From: a virus
Lineage: Duplodnaviria; Caudoviricetes
Length of the DNA stretch: 64,000 bases
IMG/VR virus record: IMGVR_UViG_2510065010_000001
Span: 64,001 to 128,000 of that record
Direction: 5' to 3' (one strand)
The stretch's first letter is position 1. Every line of letters starts with the position of its first letter. This document shows, piece after piece, positions 16,123-25,921 of this stretch. Made by a program: the position numbers and the translations under genes. Below the pieces are notes generated by a model. It saw only the letters and a list, made by a program, of their open reading frames with translations. It was not told the origin of the DNA and made no database searches.

Positions 16123-19100
16123 TTAACTGAAAACTCGTTCCATCAAAGAATGAACCGAGTTCTTACGAGCAGAATCCCGCACCCACACTTCATTTACAGG
16201 GATACCTGGTAACGCCATCGTCTTTGCCTGCATGGACATGCGGCAGAACGCAGCAGATTTTACCAAAGCACCACTCTCAGTCAACTTCGTAAGAGCACCC
16301 TTTGCGCGACCCGCAAGCTGTAGATATTCAGGACTATTCGTTGCAGCACCGTTGATGTATTGAACAACCAGTTGAGTGATCAGGTCACTCATTCCATCTA
16401 CACTTGCAAAATCTGTATTTGCATCCTGTGCTGCCACAGCGGGTAGGTACACACTGAAGTGCCCCTTAATGCCACAGCAAACACTGAATACACAATTTCT
16501 AAACATTGGAGCCAGAAGTTTCAACAGGTTACCTGCATTAACCGGGTTATTAACCAGGTCACGAAGCTCCTCGGTTTGCAGCAGACTAGCTGCATTTGAG
16601 TCGCCTAGCATATACATTGGTAAATCGTTTCCACCTTTGGCTTTGATGGTTTGATTCTTTGCCATCGCAAAGAATACAGCAGATTTGTGGACCTGCTTGA
16701 ACCCATCCTTTACTAGTCGTTGCGCAAACGCAGGATCTTCTGTCTCAACAGCACGGGCTACTCCAGCCATCAAAGGTGTTTGTCCTACACTTGCACGAAC
16801 ACTTGACAACTCAGCTTTCACTGGTTGCCACACTGCACCCGTCTTATTTGTCCCTGCATAAGACCAAGCACGTTGTACAAAATACTCCACACCTTCAACA
16901 GTGTAAAACACAAGTACGTTGGTCTTATGGTTTTCAATGCACCCGTCAGCATAAACTTCAATGCTTTCTGCATTACTTGGGATGGCATACCCTACAGAAG
17001 TAGGTTCAACCGTTTCCCAACCTTTTGCACCCTTGTACATTTTCTTCAGCACAGTAGTCCACTCTGCAGAAGCGTCTGCATGTCTGAACCAAATTGCGCG
17101 TCCGAACTTGGCTTCAAACCAGTTGATTAGCTGCTGGTATTTACCCATTACAGCCAGAACTGGTGACCACTCCAGATAATTCGCACCCTCAACCCCGACT
17201 AAAGAGTTACACTCTTCAATCAGTTTCAAACCTTCTGCATCGGCATTATTAATTGCAGTGCATACTGCAACATCTGCGATAGATTGCACCAGGTCTAGCC
17301 ACTTATTTGTGTCTGCAAAGAATACAGACCGTGCATTCAACTCTGCGTTGAGGTTGTTGTGAACAACGTCAGGTGTGTAGCGGGAAAGCATACACTTGAT
17401 ATTGTTCCGACCTTTGATTTGATGTTCTCTAGTTTGTGTCACTAACACAACTTGCAGAGTGGTGCGGTTCCCTGCAACTTTAGCCAACCGCCAGCGGATC
17501 TCTAGCAAGTAAGCATCAGGAGTGTTATTTGTGATGGTGTGTCTAAAACAACCCTCTTCTGTAATGTAAGGTACATCACAGATAGGTTCCTTATCAGCAA
17601 TCCGCAATGGTTGTTCCATGCGAATCACTTGCCAGCCTCTACGTTCAAATTGCTGACCACCAACCAATGACACTACAGCACCCGCTAATTCCTCCTCCTT
17701 AATTACTCCTGGTACATTAGGTTGTACCGTTTGCGTATGTTTGACTAACAGTGTTGGTCCTTCACCCCAGTAAACTGCCATACCAGCAGGAAAAGTGGCA
17801 TGAGGTGAAACTACTGCTTCCACAACCCAGTTATTACTTGATTCAACAGATTGACCAAAGCGTTTCAAGCCTCTGGTACTTCCTCCTTCCAGCAAACCAA
17901 CACAAGCTGCGTCCATTGCTGTACGCTTAATCAGCTTGGCTAATTTAGAAGACAACCCGATAATTAGATGCTGAGAAGCAGTCTTAATAACCTCCTCGTC
18001 AGAACCACTCAAACCAAACTGTTGACGGGCATATTCTGCAATTGCAGCTTCAGTGTTGTCAGTTAGCTGACTTAGCACTTCCCGCACAAACTGCTCACGC
18101 AGCTCGCTTGGTACGTGCTTTGCTTGGATGCAACTGCGACGACCATCGATAAACTGACCCCGTGGCATACGAACTAAGTTGAACCCTAACAAAGCACTAC
18201 GGTCCACAACATGCTTTGCAGGTAACTTTGCACCCTTTATTTGGACACCGTTCTTCTCTACATCACCAAGACTGGTTACTCCAATCTCACGGTTGTAAAT
18301 AACTTTGGTGTTCCATTCACCGTCTACTTGATACCGAGCAAACCCAAAGGGCATATCGGTTGCAGATAATCTGGTGACCGTAACATAACGGTCGTAGTAA
18401 GTGCGATCGCCATCATAGGCTTGCGCTTCATCATCTGACTGCACTGGCAGCTCAACGAACATTTTCTTAGATACCAACTGACCCAATTCAGGAACAGGAG
18501 CAGTTAGATATTTTGCACCCAACATGACCAATCCGTACAGGAATGTGCCATAGCTATTAACTAAGGACATGTCTTCTGCAGGAATGCGTACTCCACGACC
18601 ACGACCAGTCAGGCTGCTAACCAACAGCATGTTATTAAACCGTAGGTTACGGCTAACTTCAAACACGCCATCCTTAGCAGTGACTCGGAATTCGTACTCG
18701 TCGATCCACACGCTGAAACCATCTTCTCCGGTGGCAGACACTTGAATAGGTGAGACACCACCTTTACAGAGTGCTCCTGCTAACCAATCAATTACAACTG
18801 CAACGTCAGCTTGTGTTGCATTGAAATCAAAACAACGGGTCCAGTTGTGATCGACGTATACGATGCGGTCTTGCACCCCAAACACTTGCTCAATCACTGG
18901 ACGAGCAAGTGCATAAGTTAATAACTTGAACTCTACTCCTAAGTTGGCGTAAACACCTGTCAAGAGAGCTTGACGTACACACCATTCTTCTAGCGCGTGT
19001 GTGTGAGCTAACCTCTTAACAATTTCACCGTCCTTAATCAAAGAACGGTATTGAGACATTGCAGTACCCAATACAGAGGGTTGTTGTACAAACCGACCGT

Positions 19101-19452
19101 ATTGTTTCAGCACGTCAAGTCCTGCAATGTGCAGACTGTTGTTACGGGTGTGATCTGCAAAGTAGAACACTTCATCCAGCTCAATAGGAAAAGTAAGTTG
19201 AGCTGTTTGTCTTAAACGCAAATAACACCATGCAGCAAACAAAGAAGCTTGCACAGAGCTTACAGCGTTAATAACGTTGTTGCTCAGAATACGACCAGCA
19301 AGCTTCTCACCCATAACAGCGGTAATAGCTTCACCAGGTGTGAGCTTACTTACAGCTGCGATATTGAATTGTGTGCGACCTTTCATAGCGTAGAAAGGAT
19401 CAGCAAGTACGTTCCAGTTGTTGTTCAATTGTAAATCCATGATGTCCTCCAA
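16123..19452 (-). CDS. putative phage RNA polymerase large subunit (beta-like barrel plus start of the beta'-like barrel)
   Basis: 1109 aa; QIKGRNNIKCML resembles the beta K..R..K motif; C-terminal CRMSMQAKTMALPGIPVNEVWV resembles the first strands of the beta' barrel; directly upstream of the DCDGD gene. Confidence 0.6.
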   Translation of the reverse strand: MEDIMDLQLNNNWNVLADPFYAMKGRTQFNIAAVSKLTPGEAITAVMGEKLAGRILSNNVINAVSSVQASLFAAWCYLRLRQTAQLTFPIELDEVFYFADHTRNNSLHIAGLDVLKQYGRFVQQPSVLGTAMSQYRSLIKDGEIVKRLAHTHALEEWCVRQALLTGVYANLGVEFKLLTYALARPVIEQVFGVQDRIVYVDHNWTRCFDFNATQADVAVVIDWLAGALCKGGVSPIQVSATGEDGFSVWIDEYEFRVTAKDGVFEVSRNLRFNNMLLVSSLTGRGRGVRIPAEDMSLVNSYGTFLYGLVMLGAKYLTAPVPELGQLVSKKMFVELPVQSDDEAQAYDGDRTYYDRYVTVTRLSATDMPFGFARYQVDGEWNTKVIYNREIGVTSLGDVEKNGVQIKGAKLPAKHVVDRSALLGFNLVRMPRGQFIDGRRSCIQAKHVPSELREQFVREVLSQLTDNTEAAIAEYARQQFGLSGSDEEVIKTASQHLIIGLSSKLAKLIKRTAMDAACVGLLEGGSTRGLKRFGQSVESSNNWVVEAVVSPHATFPAGMAVYWGEGPTLLVKHTQTVQPNVPGVIKEEELAGAVVSLVGGQQFERRGWQVIRMEQPLRIADKEPICDVPYITEEGCFRHTITNNTPDAYLLEIRWRLAKVAGNRTTLQVVLVTQTREHQIKGRNNIKCMLSRYTPDVVHNNLNAELNARSVFFADTNKWLDLVQSIADVAVCTAINNADAEGLKLIEECNSLVGVEGANYLEWSPVLAVMGKYQQLINWFEAKFGRAIWFRHADASAEWTTVLKKMYKGAKGWETVEPTSVGYAIPSNAESIEVYADGCIENHKTNVLVFYTVEGVEYFVQRAWSYAGTNKTGAVWQPVKAELSSVRASVGQTPLMAGVARAVETEDPAFAQRLVKDGFKQVHKSAVFFAMAKNQTIKAKGGNDLPMYMLGDSNAASLLQTEELRDLVNNPVNAGNLLKLLAPMFRNCVFSVCCGIKGHFSVYLPAVAAQDANTDFASVDGMSDLITQLVVQYINGAATNSPEYLQLAGRAKGALTKLTESGALVKSAAFCRMSMQAKTMALPGIPVNEVWVRDSARKNSVHSLMERVFS

Positions 19453-19476
19453 GAAGTAAAATGTGAGTGAAAGAAA

Positions 19477-20661
19477 CTAAGCAAACGGATTTGGTCTTTT
19501 AGAGATGTTGCCGATGGGCATACTTTCGATAGGTTCTTCAACATCTTCTTCAGACTCTTCGCAGTAGTCATCATCTGCTACACCAGAACTAGCTGTCTCT
19601 ATGTCCATAAGTTGAAATTCATCGTCTTCTTCAACGGAAAGGTGCTGAAGCTTTTCGAGAATTGCAGCAGAGGTCATTTGAGTAGCAGTAGGCTGGGTAA
19701 CAGGAGTTTGAGTGTTAGCAGTTACTTCAACTTTGCTCTTTTGAGGAAGAGGAGTTTCAGCAACTTTGGTTGCAACAGTTGGCATTCTGCGTTCTACTTT
19801 TGGAGTAGGAATACCAACTTCACGACGGGACCGTGCTTGCATCACCTCTTCAGCAAGCTTTTCTTTTAGGCTCTTACCACCAACCATCAAGTCTGCTCTA
19901 ACACGGAGTTTGTTCAACCCAGTAGCTAGAGCGGTAGAGCTACCAACTTTCCGACCACCAACTAGGTAAGCTCCGTTAAATGCAGCACCCCAGAACGGTT
20001 GACCGTCAACACCATCAAAGGATTTTGTGTACTGAGGAAATCCAACCATGCAAACTAGAAACTGCTCTCCAGCAGCAACACCTAATTCGTCTGCCAGGTC
20101 GTTCATTAACTCCGTAAACTGCTGACGGGCAGCATCGTGATAGTCAGACCAGTTATCAACTGTTCTATTTGCAGTAGATAACTGCATAGAAACTGCTGGA
20201 CGGTCTTCCCCCTTGCGATTAAAGGGTTCTCGATACATTACAGGTACAGGCACAACTAAGTCGTCATCACCATAAAACTCTGCTTCTACAAACAGGTCTG
20301 GTTTGACAACCGCGTTCTTACCCCATTCACCACAGGGTAGATACTTAGACTCTTTAGCAAAAGCAGCATTACGAATGCTTGGTGATGCGTAGGTCAAGTT
20401 ACCGTCTTTATCTAGACGAACTGCAAAGACACCTACACATACACTTTTCGCTCTAAACTGCTTTGCAGGTGCAACGGCAAGGTCAGAGCGGAATACAAAC
20501 AACTCCCGTAGGCGGGAGGGAACCATGTTGAGGTCAACATCTTCGATGTCAACACCAACCGGACGTAATCCTAAGTCTTCTCCGATAGAAGGGCTACCAG
20601 CTCCGCTATCTCCTAGACCCTGTTCAATTAACTCAACAATTGTCTCGCTTAAAACAGTCAT
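19477..20661 (-). CDS. hypothetical early protein with acidic C-terminal tail (SSB or RNAP cofactor-like)
   Basis: 394 aa; acidic disordered tail ending NPFA; in operon with the RNAP genes. Confidence 0.7.
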   Translation of the reverse strand: MTVLSETIVELIEQGLGDSGAGSPSIGEDLGLRPVGVDIEDVDLNMVPSRLRELFVFRSDLAVAPAKQFRAKSVCVGVFAVRLDKDGNLTYASPSIRNAAFAKESKYLPCGEWGKNAVVKPDLFVEAEFYGDDDLVVPVPVMYREPFNRKGEDRPAVSMQLSTANRTVDNWSDYHDAARQQFTELMNDLADELGVAAGEQFLVCMVGFPQYTKSFDGVDGQPFWGAAFNGAYLVGGRKVGSSTALATGLNKLRVRADLMVGGKSLKEKLAEEVMQARSRREVGIPTPKVERRMPTVATKVAETPLPQKSKVEVTANTQTPVTQPTATQMTSAAILEKLQHLSVEEDDEFQLMDIETASSGVADDDYCEESEEDVEEPIESMPIGNISKRPNPFA

Positions 20662-20843
20662 CGTTTTACTCTCCGTGTTTGAGTTAGAAATCTTTTCGTC
20701 AGCAGCAATTGCTTCGTCTTCTTCAAAACGCCAGAAGGCTTATGAATAGAAGACTAGCTGTGTTTTCTTCGCAAGAGCGATCATTTCGTGATTGATGTTC
20801 AACATTGGATTTCTCCTTAAAACAAGATTTACGGCTGTAAAAA

Positions 20844-20956
20844 CAGCCACCCATAAGTTGAACTTCTTGAACGGTTCAACTTATGGGTGGCTGGGCGAGA
20901 GTTGCCCCTCGCCAGAATCTTATATATAGGGGGCTGTATATACAGCCTCCTATATA
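20844..20956. promoter_or_regulatory. cluster of long inverted repeats upstream of the RNAP operon
   Basis: 20-bp stem CAGCCACCCATAAGTTGAAC/GTTCAACTTATGGGTGGCTG (20844-20893) and a 34-bp near-perfect palindrome centred on CTGTATATACAG (20923-20956). Confidence 0.7.
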
Positions 20957-20962
20957 CGTACC

Positions 20963-21646
20963 TTACTTAGTAGGTGGGTTACCAAACACAAACGTATCCT
21001 TCTTCTCTACCGCTAGTCCCAGTAGTAGTAGCATACGCATACCTTCTACCCCGAACGTAGTAGTAGCTACCTTGGTAGGTAGGTTCCACACACCACGTTC
21101 TACTAGACTACGGCGTGTCTGCCACACTGCTAGTACACTAGGCTTCCACCGGATGTACTTCATCATGTAGGCTTCTACATCCTTAACAAAGGACAGTCTA
21201 TGCTTACGCTCTGTGATGTCCAACCACATTACAGGTACGTCTGTGTCCTTCTGTAGGTGCATGTGTGCACCATTGAGACTAGACTTCACTTGGTACCCAA
21301 ACAGATGACCACCATCAGTCTCTACCACTAGGTCGATCTTCAGGTCATCATCTGCCTTGCTACCAGTAGGTGCAAGGTACACATCCTTGACACCATCAAA
21401 GCATCCTAGTAGTAGGTCACGTACCAGTTGCTCTGTTGCTCTACCCTTGTTGTACTCAGGGGTGTTGTATCTGTTACTCATCTTCATACGCTTACGCCAG
21501 TTACCTGACGCACTGTTGTTGTACATCACGTCTAAGAACAGCTCTTCTGTTAGGCTGTACTCTCTACCGATGATATGCATGTTGTCTCTCCAAAAGCAGT
21601 GAAGAAACAAGATGATTGGCAATGGCTTAATCGCCCTGCTGTTCAC
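20963..21646 (-). CDS. PD-(D/E)xK endonuclease-like protein (true start probably further downstream)
   Basis: GRATEQLV..KIDLVVE..GYQVKSS. Confidence 0.65.
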   Translation of the reverse strand: MNSRAIKPLPIILFLHCFWRDNMHIIGREYSLTEELFLDVMYNNSASGNWRKRMKMSNRYNTPEYNKGRATEQLVRDLLLGCFDGVKDVYLAPTGSKADDDLKIDLVVETDGGHLFGYQVKSSLNGAHMHLQKDTDVPVMWLDITERKHRLSFVKDVEAYMMKYIRWKPSVLAVWQTRRSLVERGVWNLPTKVATTTFGVEGMRMLLLLGLAVEKKDTFVFGNPPTK

Positions 21647-21987
21647 CTCGTCTCACCGAAGAGAGAATTAATCTGAAAACTAAAAGACCCCCTATCCCCT
21701 ATCCGTATAAATTACCCAATTTTTTAGCGCCCCAATTTTCTACACGGAAATTTCCTCCGTCCAGAAAATTATACTCAACCCACTATTTCTCTAACCACCC
21801 TCACATTCACAGGAAACTTACTTCATTCCTTAGAGCACTCAAACAAAGAATCCAGCTTATTAAGCTGAATCTTTCTACTCACTGTCTATGTGCTACACCA
21901 TTAATAGAGCAATCTTTAACATCTATAAAAGCTCAACGCTAACTCTTCTGCTAAATTATCGTTTGTTCCAGTTTTTACTATTAGAAC

Positions 21988-22654
21988 CTAGCAGTGATAA
22001 AGGTAGCCAAACCAAGTTTGGAGTAGTTCGTCTAAACTTGCAGTAACCATTTTGTGTACTGATTTCACGTCTGCATCTGCATTAATTCGGATGATTGCCC
22101 TGGGATACTGTTCGTGCAACTGCTTATAGACAGCTCGAACTTTTTCGTGAAAGAGTAATGATTCTTCGTCGAAATGATTGTTTTGGACTCTGACTTTAAG
22201 ACGCTCTAGCGCTATTTGTGGAGACACGTCTAACCATATAGTAGTACTCGGTAATACTCCTTGCACACTAAAGTTGTTTAACCAATTCAAAATACCCATA
22301 TTAAACCCACGACCGCCCCCCCTGATATGCAAGAGTGGAGTCGATAAACCGATCGCACAGTACCAGATTTCCCTTTATTAGTTCAGGTTTAATAACTCTT
22401 GAAACATGCTCAGCACGGTCAGCTTGGTAAAGCAACAACTCTGCGTGGGTGGATAGCTTATTGTTCAGTAGTAGTGAATGCAACTCTTTACCTAACTCAG
22501 TACCACCTGGCTCTCTTGTTACGATAATCTTCTTCAAACCCTTTTCTATTTTCTCTTTCCAACCACTGGTTTCTAACCACTGCACTAGCATGATAAGTTG
22601 TGTGGTTTTTCCAGAACCATCTATTCCTTCAAAGGTTACTAACTTTCCGTTCAT
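21988..22654 (-). pseudogene. tmk: thymidylate kinase split by a one-base frameshift in a G7 tract
   Basis: N-half [32 protein letters not shown]; C-half GRG..WLDVSPQIALER; C7 run at 22316-22322. Confidence 0.88.
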
Positions 22655-22661
22655 AAAATTC

Positions 22662-22964
22662 CTAATCAATACTAATTCCACGGCAGCGCGTGGGGATTCC
22701 GTAACTAAATGTTGGTCTTGCTAAAATGAATGCATCAAGCACCAGTACTTTACAATCCCACGGCAAAATAACGGATCGACCGTGACTTACAGTACTAAAC
22801 CGACACGTTTGAGTTTCTTGATCAAGCTTAATAAAGGGTATCTCTACCCAAATTTCTTTCTCTTCAAATGCCTGCTCCATCCATTGAGAAGGTACCTTAG
22901 CTTTTATAGGAGTTTGCATACTCGCATGTAACTCCAAATCACGTAAAGTTATTGGTTGTGTCAT
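22662..22964 (-). CDS. hypothetical protein
   Basis: 100-aa ORF coupled to its neighbours. Confidence 0.6.
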   Translation of the reverse strand: MTQPITLRDLELHASMQTPIKAKVPSQWMEQAFEEKEIWVEIPFIKLDQETQTCRFSTVSHGRSVILPWDCKVLVLDAFILARPTFSYGIPTRCRGISID

Positions 22965-23188
22965 AGTACTTCTTTCACACTAATAGACTGGGTACCAGGA
23001 ATGTATACATACGTGGGGCTTTCAGTATCATTACGACAAAACTCTAAGACAATCATCCCAGTATGAATCTGCGTCTTGCGATACTCTCCAGTAAAGCAAT
23101 GCTTACCGTCATGAACTTTGTAAGTTTTATTATTTTGTAGAGTTATTAATTCAGACAACTTGAACCGTTCAAGTTTTTGTGACATCAC
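22961..23188 (-). CDS. hypothetical protein
   Basis: 75-aa ORF, GGAG SD, ATGA overlap with the next gene. Confidence 0.6.
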   Translation of the reverse strand: MMSQKLERFKLSELITLQNNKTYKVHDGKHCFTGEYRKTQIHTGMIVLEFCRNDTESPTYVYIPGTQSISVKEVL

Positions 23189-23423
23189 TGTTCTCCATAT
23201 TAATTTTATTAAGTTCGATGGAGAGTTTTTTCCATCCGTTTTGTTCTAGGTAACCACTTGCAACTGTCAGGTCAGTAACATTGTTTGAGCCGTTCACAGC
23301 ACAGATAACCATGACTACTGCAAGTTTTATGGCAACGTATTTATCGAGGGTTATTAGCCTAAATGCATATAACCACTATGAGCGTTTTTGCACTCTGTAA
23401 ATCTTTTTAGGAATTTCTTTAGG

Positions 23424-23654
23424 TTATCTTTGCTTTGCATTTGCAATCTCATTCCTTTTCTTCTGTGCCTTAGTCATCCAATCTGCTGGAACATGCTTTC
23501 GAAACCAGTAGTAAACAGTGTTTTCACTAACACCAGCTTGTTTAGCAATTTCTTTCACTGAGACTCCCTTCTCGTAACAGGTAAATGCTGCGAGGTACTT
23601 TTTATCTCCACTCTGCATTTGGGTTGAATACTCCTTGTTCTTGATTATAGTCAT
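23424..23654 (-). CDS. small helix-turn-helix DNA-binding protein
   Basis: GVSVKEIAKQAGVSENTVYYWFRK. Confidence 0.8.
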   Translation of the reverse strand: MTIIKNKEYSTQMQSGDKKYLAAFTCYEKGVSVKEIAKQAGVSENTVYYWFRKHVPADWMTKAQKKRNEIANAKQR

Positions 23655-24624
23655 CCGACAAATAACTTTTTCCTGGTGGCTTTAGTCGTGTGTTGTAACT
23701 TGTATTGGGTGGGTGAACCAACCAGCCTTGGTCAAAAGCATTAATAAACCCGAATTCTTGAATCCAGTATTCGCCATACAGGAATAGATGAACTTCTTCT
23801 ACGACTCTGATAACCGGAACAAGTTCAGGTAGCATGGTTATTTCATTAATAACTTCTTCTTCTAAGTAAGGACGAGTAATACTTGGAGCAACTACTCGGA
23901 TAATTGGATGCGTCAAAGCGTAAGGAGCTGACCCTGAAACTTCGGTAGTAGAAGGAGCTGTAGGATTTCCTAAAACTGCACCTGCTTCCGATGGTGACTG
24001 TCGAGCACAATCGTCAGTTCTCTCGTGGGTAGCTTGAATTGAACCACCCGACGAACGTATTTCAAAATTGAATCCACTGACAGAAGAAGTAGCACGAAGT
24101 CCCCACAATCTTCCGGCGTTTACGTCTAAACTTATTAACTCACCCAAAGTTTGCTGACTAGTGATTACCCCTTCGGAGTTAAAGAGGTAAACACGATCGC
24201 TGGCTGTACCTTCAGAAGTTGGTTTTGACATTAATTGCCAAACAACACGAGTTACTAGTGTGTCTGTCCACAACTCAGTTCTGTGGTTAATATTGGCTGT
24301 ATATTCCCAACCATAGAAGTCATTAAACTCTGCAAGCTCTCCTGCATCTGCTCGAAGTTTTTGAGCACTATAGACTTTCTCAATAAATTCTCTCTTTAGA
24401 GCGTAATGATGTGAAAACGTATCTGGGTGCCCGGTCGGTGCTCCTGGCATCACTTGTAATTCCAAGTCAGTACCATGCTCTAGTTCTGAAAATTCTCTCT
24501 GTAATATCTCATCTTGATAATTAATCCACTCTTGGGCAACAACCCAGTCCATTTGTAGAGTTGGGTCATAGATTACTCGCTCTCTAATTCTTAGGTCGAG
24601 TAAAGGTTCACTTCTATCAACCAT
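23602..24624 (-). CDS. hypothetical protein (possibly virion/baseplate-associated)
   Basis: 340-aa ORF directly downstream of the PAAR gene. Confidence 0.65.
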   Translation of the reverse strand: MVDRSEPLLDLRIRERVIYDPTLQMDWVVAQEWINYQDEILQREFSELEHGTDLELQVMPGAPTGHPDTFSHHYALKREFIEKVYSAQKLRADAGELAEFNDFYGWEYTANINHRTELWTDTLVTRVVWQLMSKPTSEGTASDRVYLFNSEGVITSQQTLGELISLDVNAGRLWGLRATSSVSGFNFEIRSSGGSIQATHERTDDCARQSPSEAGAVLGNPTAPSTTEVSGSAPYALTHPIIRVVAPSITRPYLEEEVINEITMLPELVPVIRVVEEVHLFLYGEYWIQEFGFINAFDQGWLVHPPNTSYNTRLKPPGKSYLSDDYNQEQGVFNPNAEWR

Positions 24625-24635
24625 GTTTAATAAGA

Positions 24636-24935
24636 CTAACCAATAAATGTATCTTTAGAACCCACACGGGTAATACCACAACGAACTGGGTCACCCACAC
24701 GAGCCATCTGACGCCCTTCGATAAACACTTTAGAAGACCCTCTCAAAATCCGATTCGGGCAAGGGCAGCAACTACCACAACAATTAGTGCAAACACCTCC
24801 ATTGAGAGTAGCTTGCCGCCCATTAACAAATACACTACGTGCTCCAGTTATTACCTGCCCATTAGGGCATCGTTTTTTCTTGCAGTTACAAATACAAATA
24901 ACTGGATCTCCTACACGTAGCGCATTAATACCCAT
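24636..24935 (-). CDS. PAAR-family spike tip protein, Cys-rich
   Basis: ALRVGDP..G..SVFVNGR..GSSKVFIEGRQMARVGDP.RCG....GS...FIG. Confidence 0.9.
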   Translation of the reverse strand: MGINALRVGDPVICICNCKKKRCPNGQVITGARSVFVNGRQATLNGGVCTNCCGSCCPCPNRILRGSSKVFIEGRQMARVGDPVRCGITRVGSKDTFIG

Positions 24936-24937
24936 TA

Positions 24938-25606
24938 TTAACTCTCTAAAACTGCTGTAATTGCTTCAGTTACTTCTGGGTCATCAGACTCCAACTCAAT
25001 TGTATCTTTTTCATCTTCAGATAGAACCTGAACAGGTTTATCAACTTTCTCAACTTTGGTTACCTGAATTCCAGGAATCTTGTGCAGGTATTCCGTTAGA
25101 ATTTCTTCGGACGTAGACCCAACAAATGCTCGAATGTTGTGTCTAAAGTGAATCAGGTTGGATGCAATTTGATTAAGCTTTCCTTCAATATAGGTATTCT
25201 CATCTTCCCTTAGCTGAGAAGTCCGGTCTAACGTCTGATGTAACAGTGCGACTTCGAGTCTAAGCTTACGCAATTTTTCTTCTGTCACTGACTTTATTTG
25301 AGGATCGATGATAGTCAGCACTCTTTGTTCGGCTTCTGCCAGTAAGTTGAGAACGGTTTGAAATGCGTTGAAGCGATTAAAAACGTCAGGACCCATAGCG
25401 TAGTATTTGATTGCGCTACTCTCAAAATCTCTAGGGGAGTTAACCAAAACTAGGTCACTGTGTTGAAGCCAGTGTCTCCCAGCCATGATTTCAATATCTC
25501 CGGTTTTTTTAAAAGTAACGCTGCTTTCATTCAGCTTTAACGTAGGCTCTACGGCTACTAAAAACTGCCAAGCCATCTTGAGACGGCTAAATAAACGGTT
25601 ACACAT
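24938..25606 (-). CDS. hypothetical protein
   Basis: 222-aa ORF with a coiled-coil-like middle part. Confidence 0.65.
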   Translation of the reverse strand: MCNRLFSRLKMAWQFLVAVEPTLKLNESSVTFKKTGDIEIMAGRHWLQHSDLVLVNSPRDFESSAIKYYAMGPDVFNRFNAFQTVLNLLAEAEQRVLTIIDPQIKSVTEEKLRKLRLEVALLHQTLDRTSQLREDENTYIEGKLNQIASNLIHFRHNIRAFVGSTSEEILTEYLHKIPGIQVTKVEKVDKPVQVLSEDEKDTIELESDDPEVTEAITAVLES

Positions 25607-25675
25607 GAGCGGTAGTTGTTTAGGACAATTTCAGTATCACTCACATTGCTCACTTCGTACTACCGTAACTATTAA

Positions 25676-25912
25676 ATGTCTTCTTTAGTAAAGTCTAATC
25701 GGAAACGTTTAGCTGAAATACGTCAGCAAACGAACATGACTGCCGCCGAAATCACAGCCAGGTTATTAGATTGCTATGAGCTTGAAGACCTCTCGTTTTT
25801 AGTGAGCAGGATACGGCATGTTCGAAACGATGGGTTTTTCACACCTAAGCAGATCACTCAGTTAAGTGTGCTTGCTACACAGGTGTCCACTATTCTTAAG
25901 CAACTTCACTAA
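25676..25912 (+). CDS. small hypothetical protein upstream of the giant gene
   Basis: 78-aa ORF ending 9 bp before 25922. Confidence 0.55.
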   Translation: MSSLVKSNRKRLAEIRQQTNMTAAEITARLLDCYELEDLSFLVSRIRHVRNDGFFTPKQITQLSVLATQVSTILKQLH

Positions 25913-25921
25913 CAAAGTCGT

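Noticed and set aside
4470-20742. Stop-codon reassignment suggested by several in-frame TAA interruptions
   Set aside because: TAA, TAG and TGA all end well-conserved genes at their expected positions, and the only tRNA is Arg(UCU).
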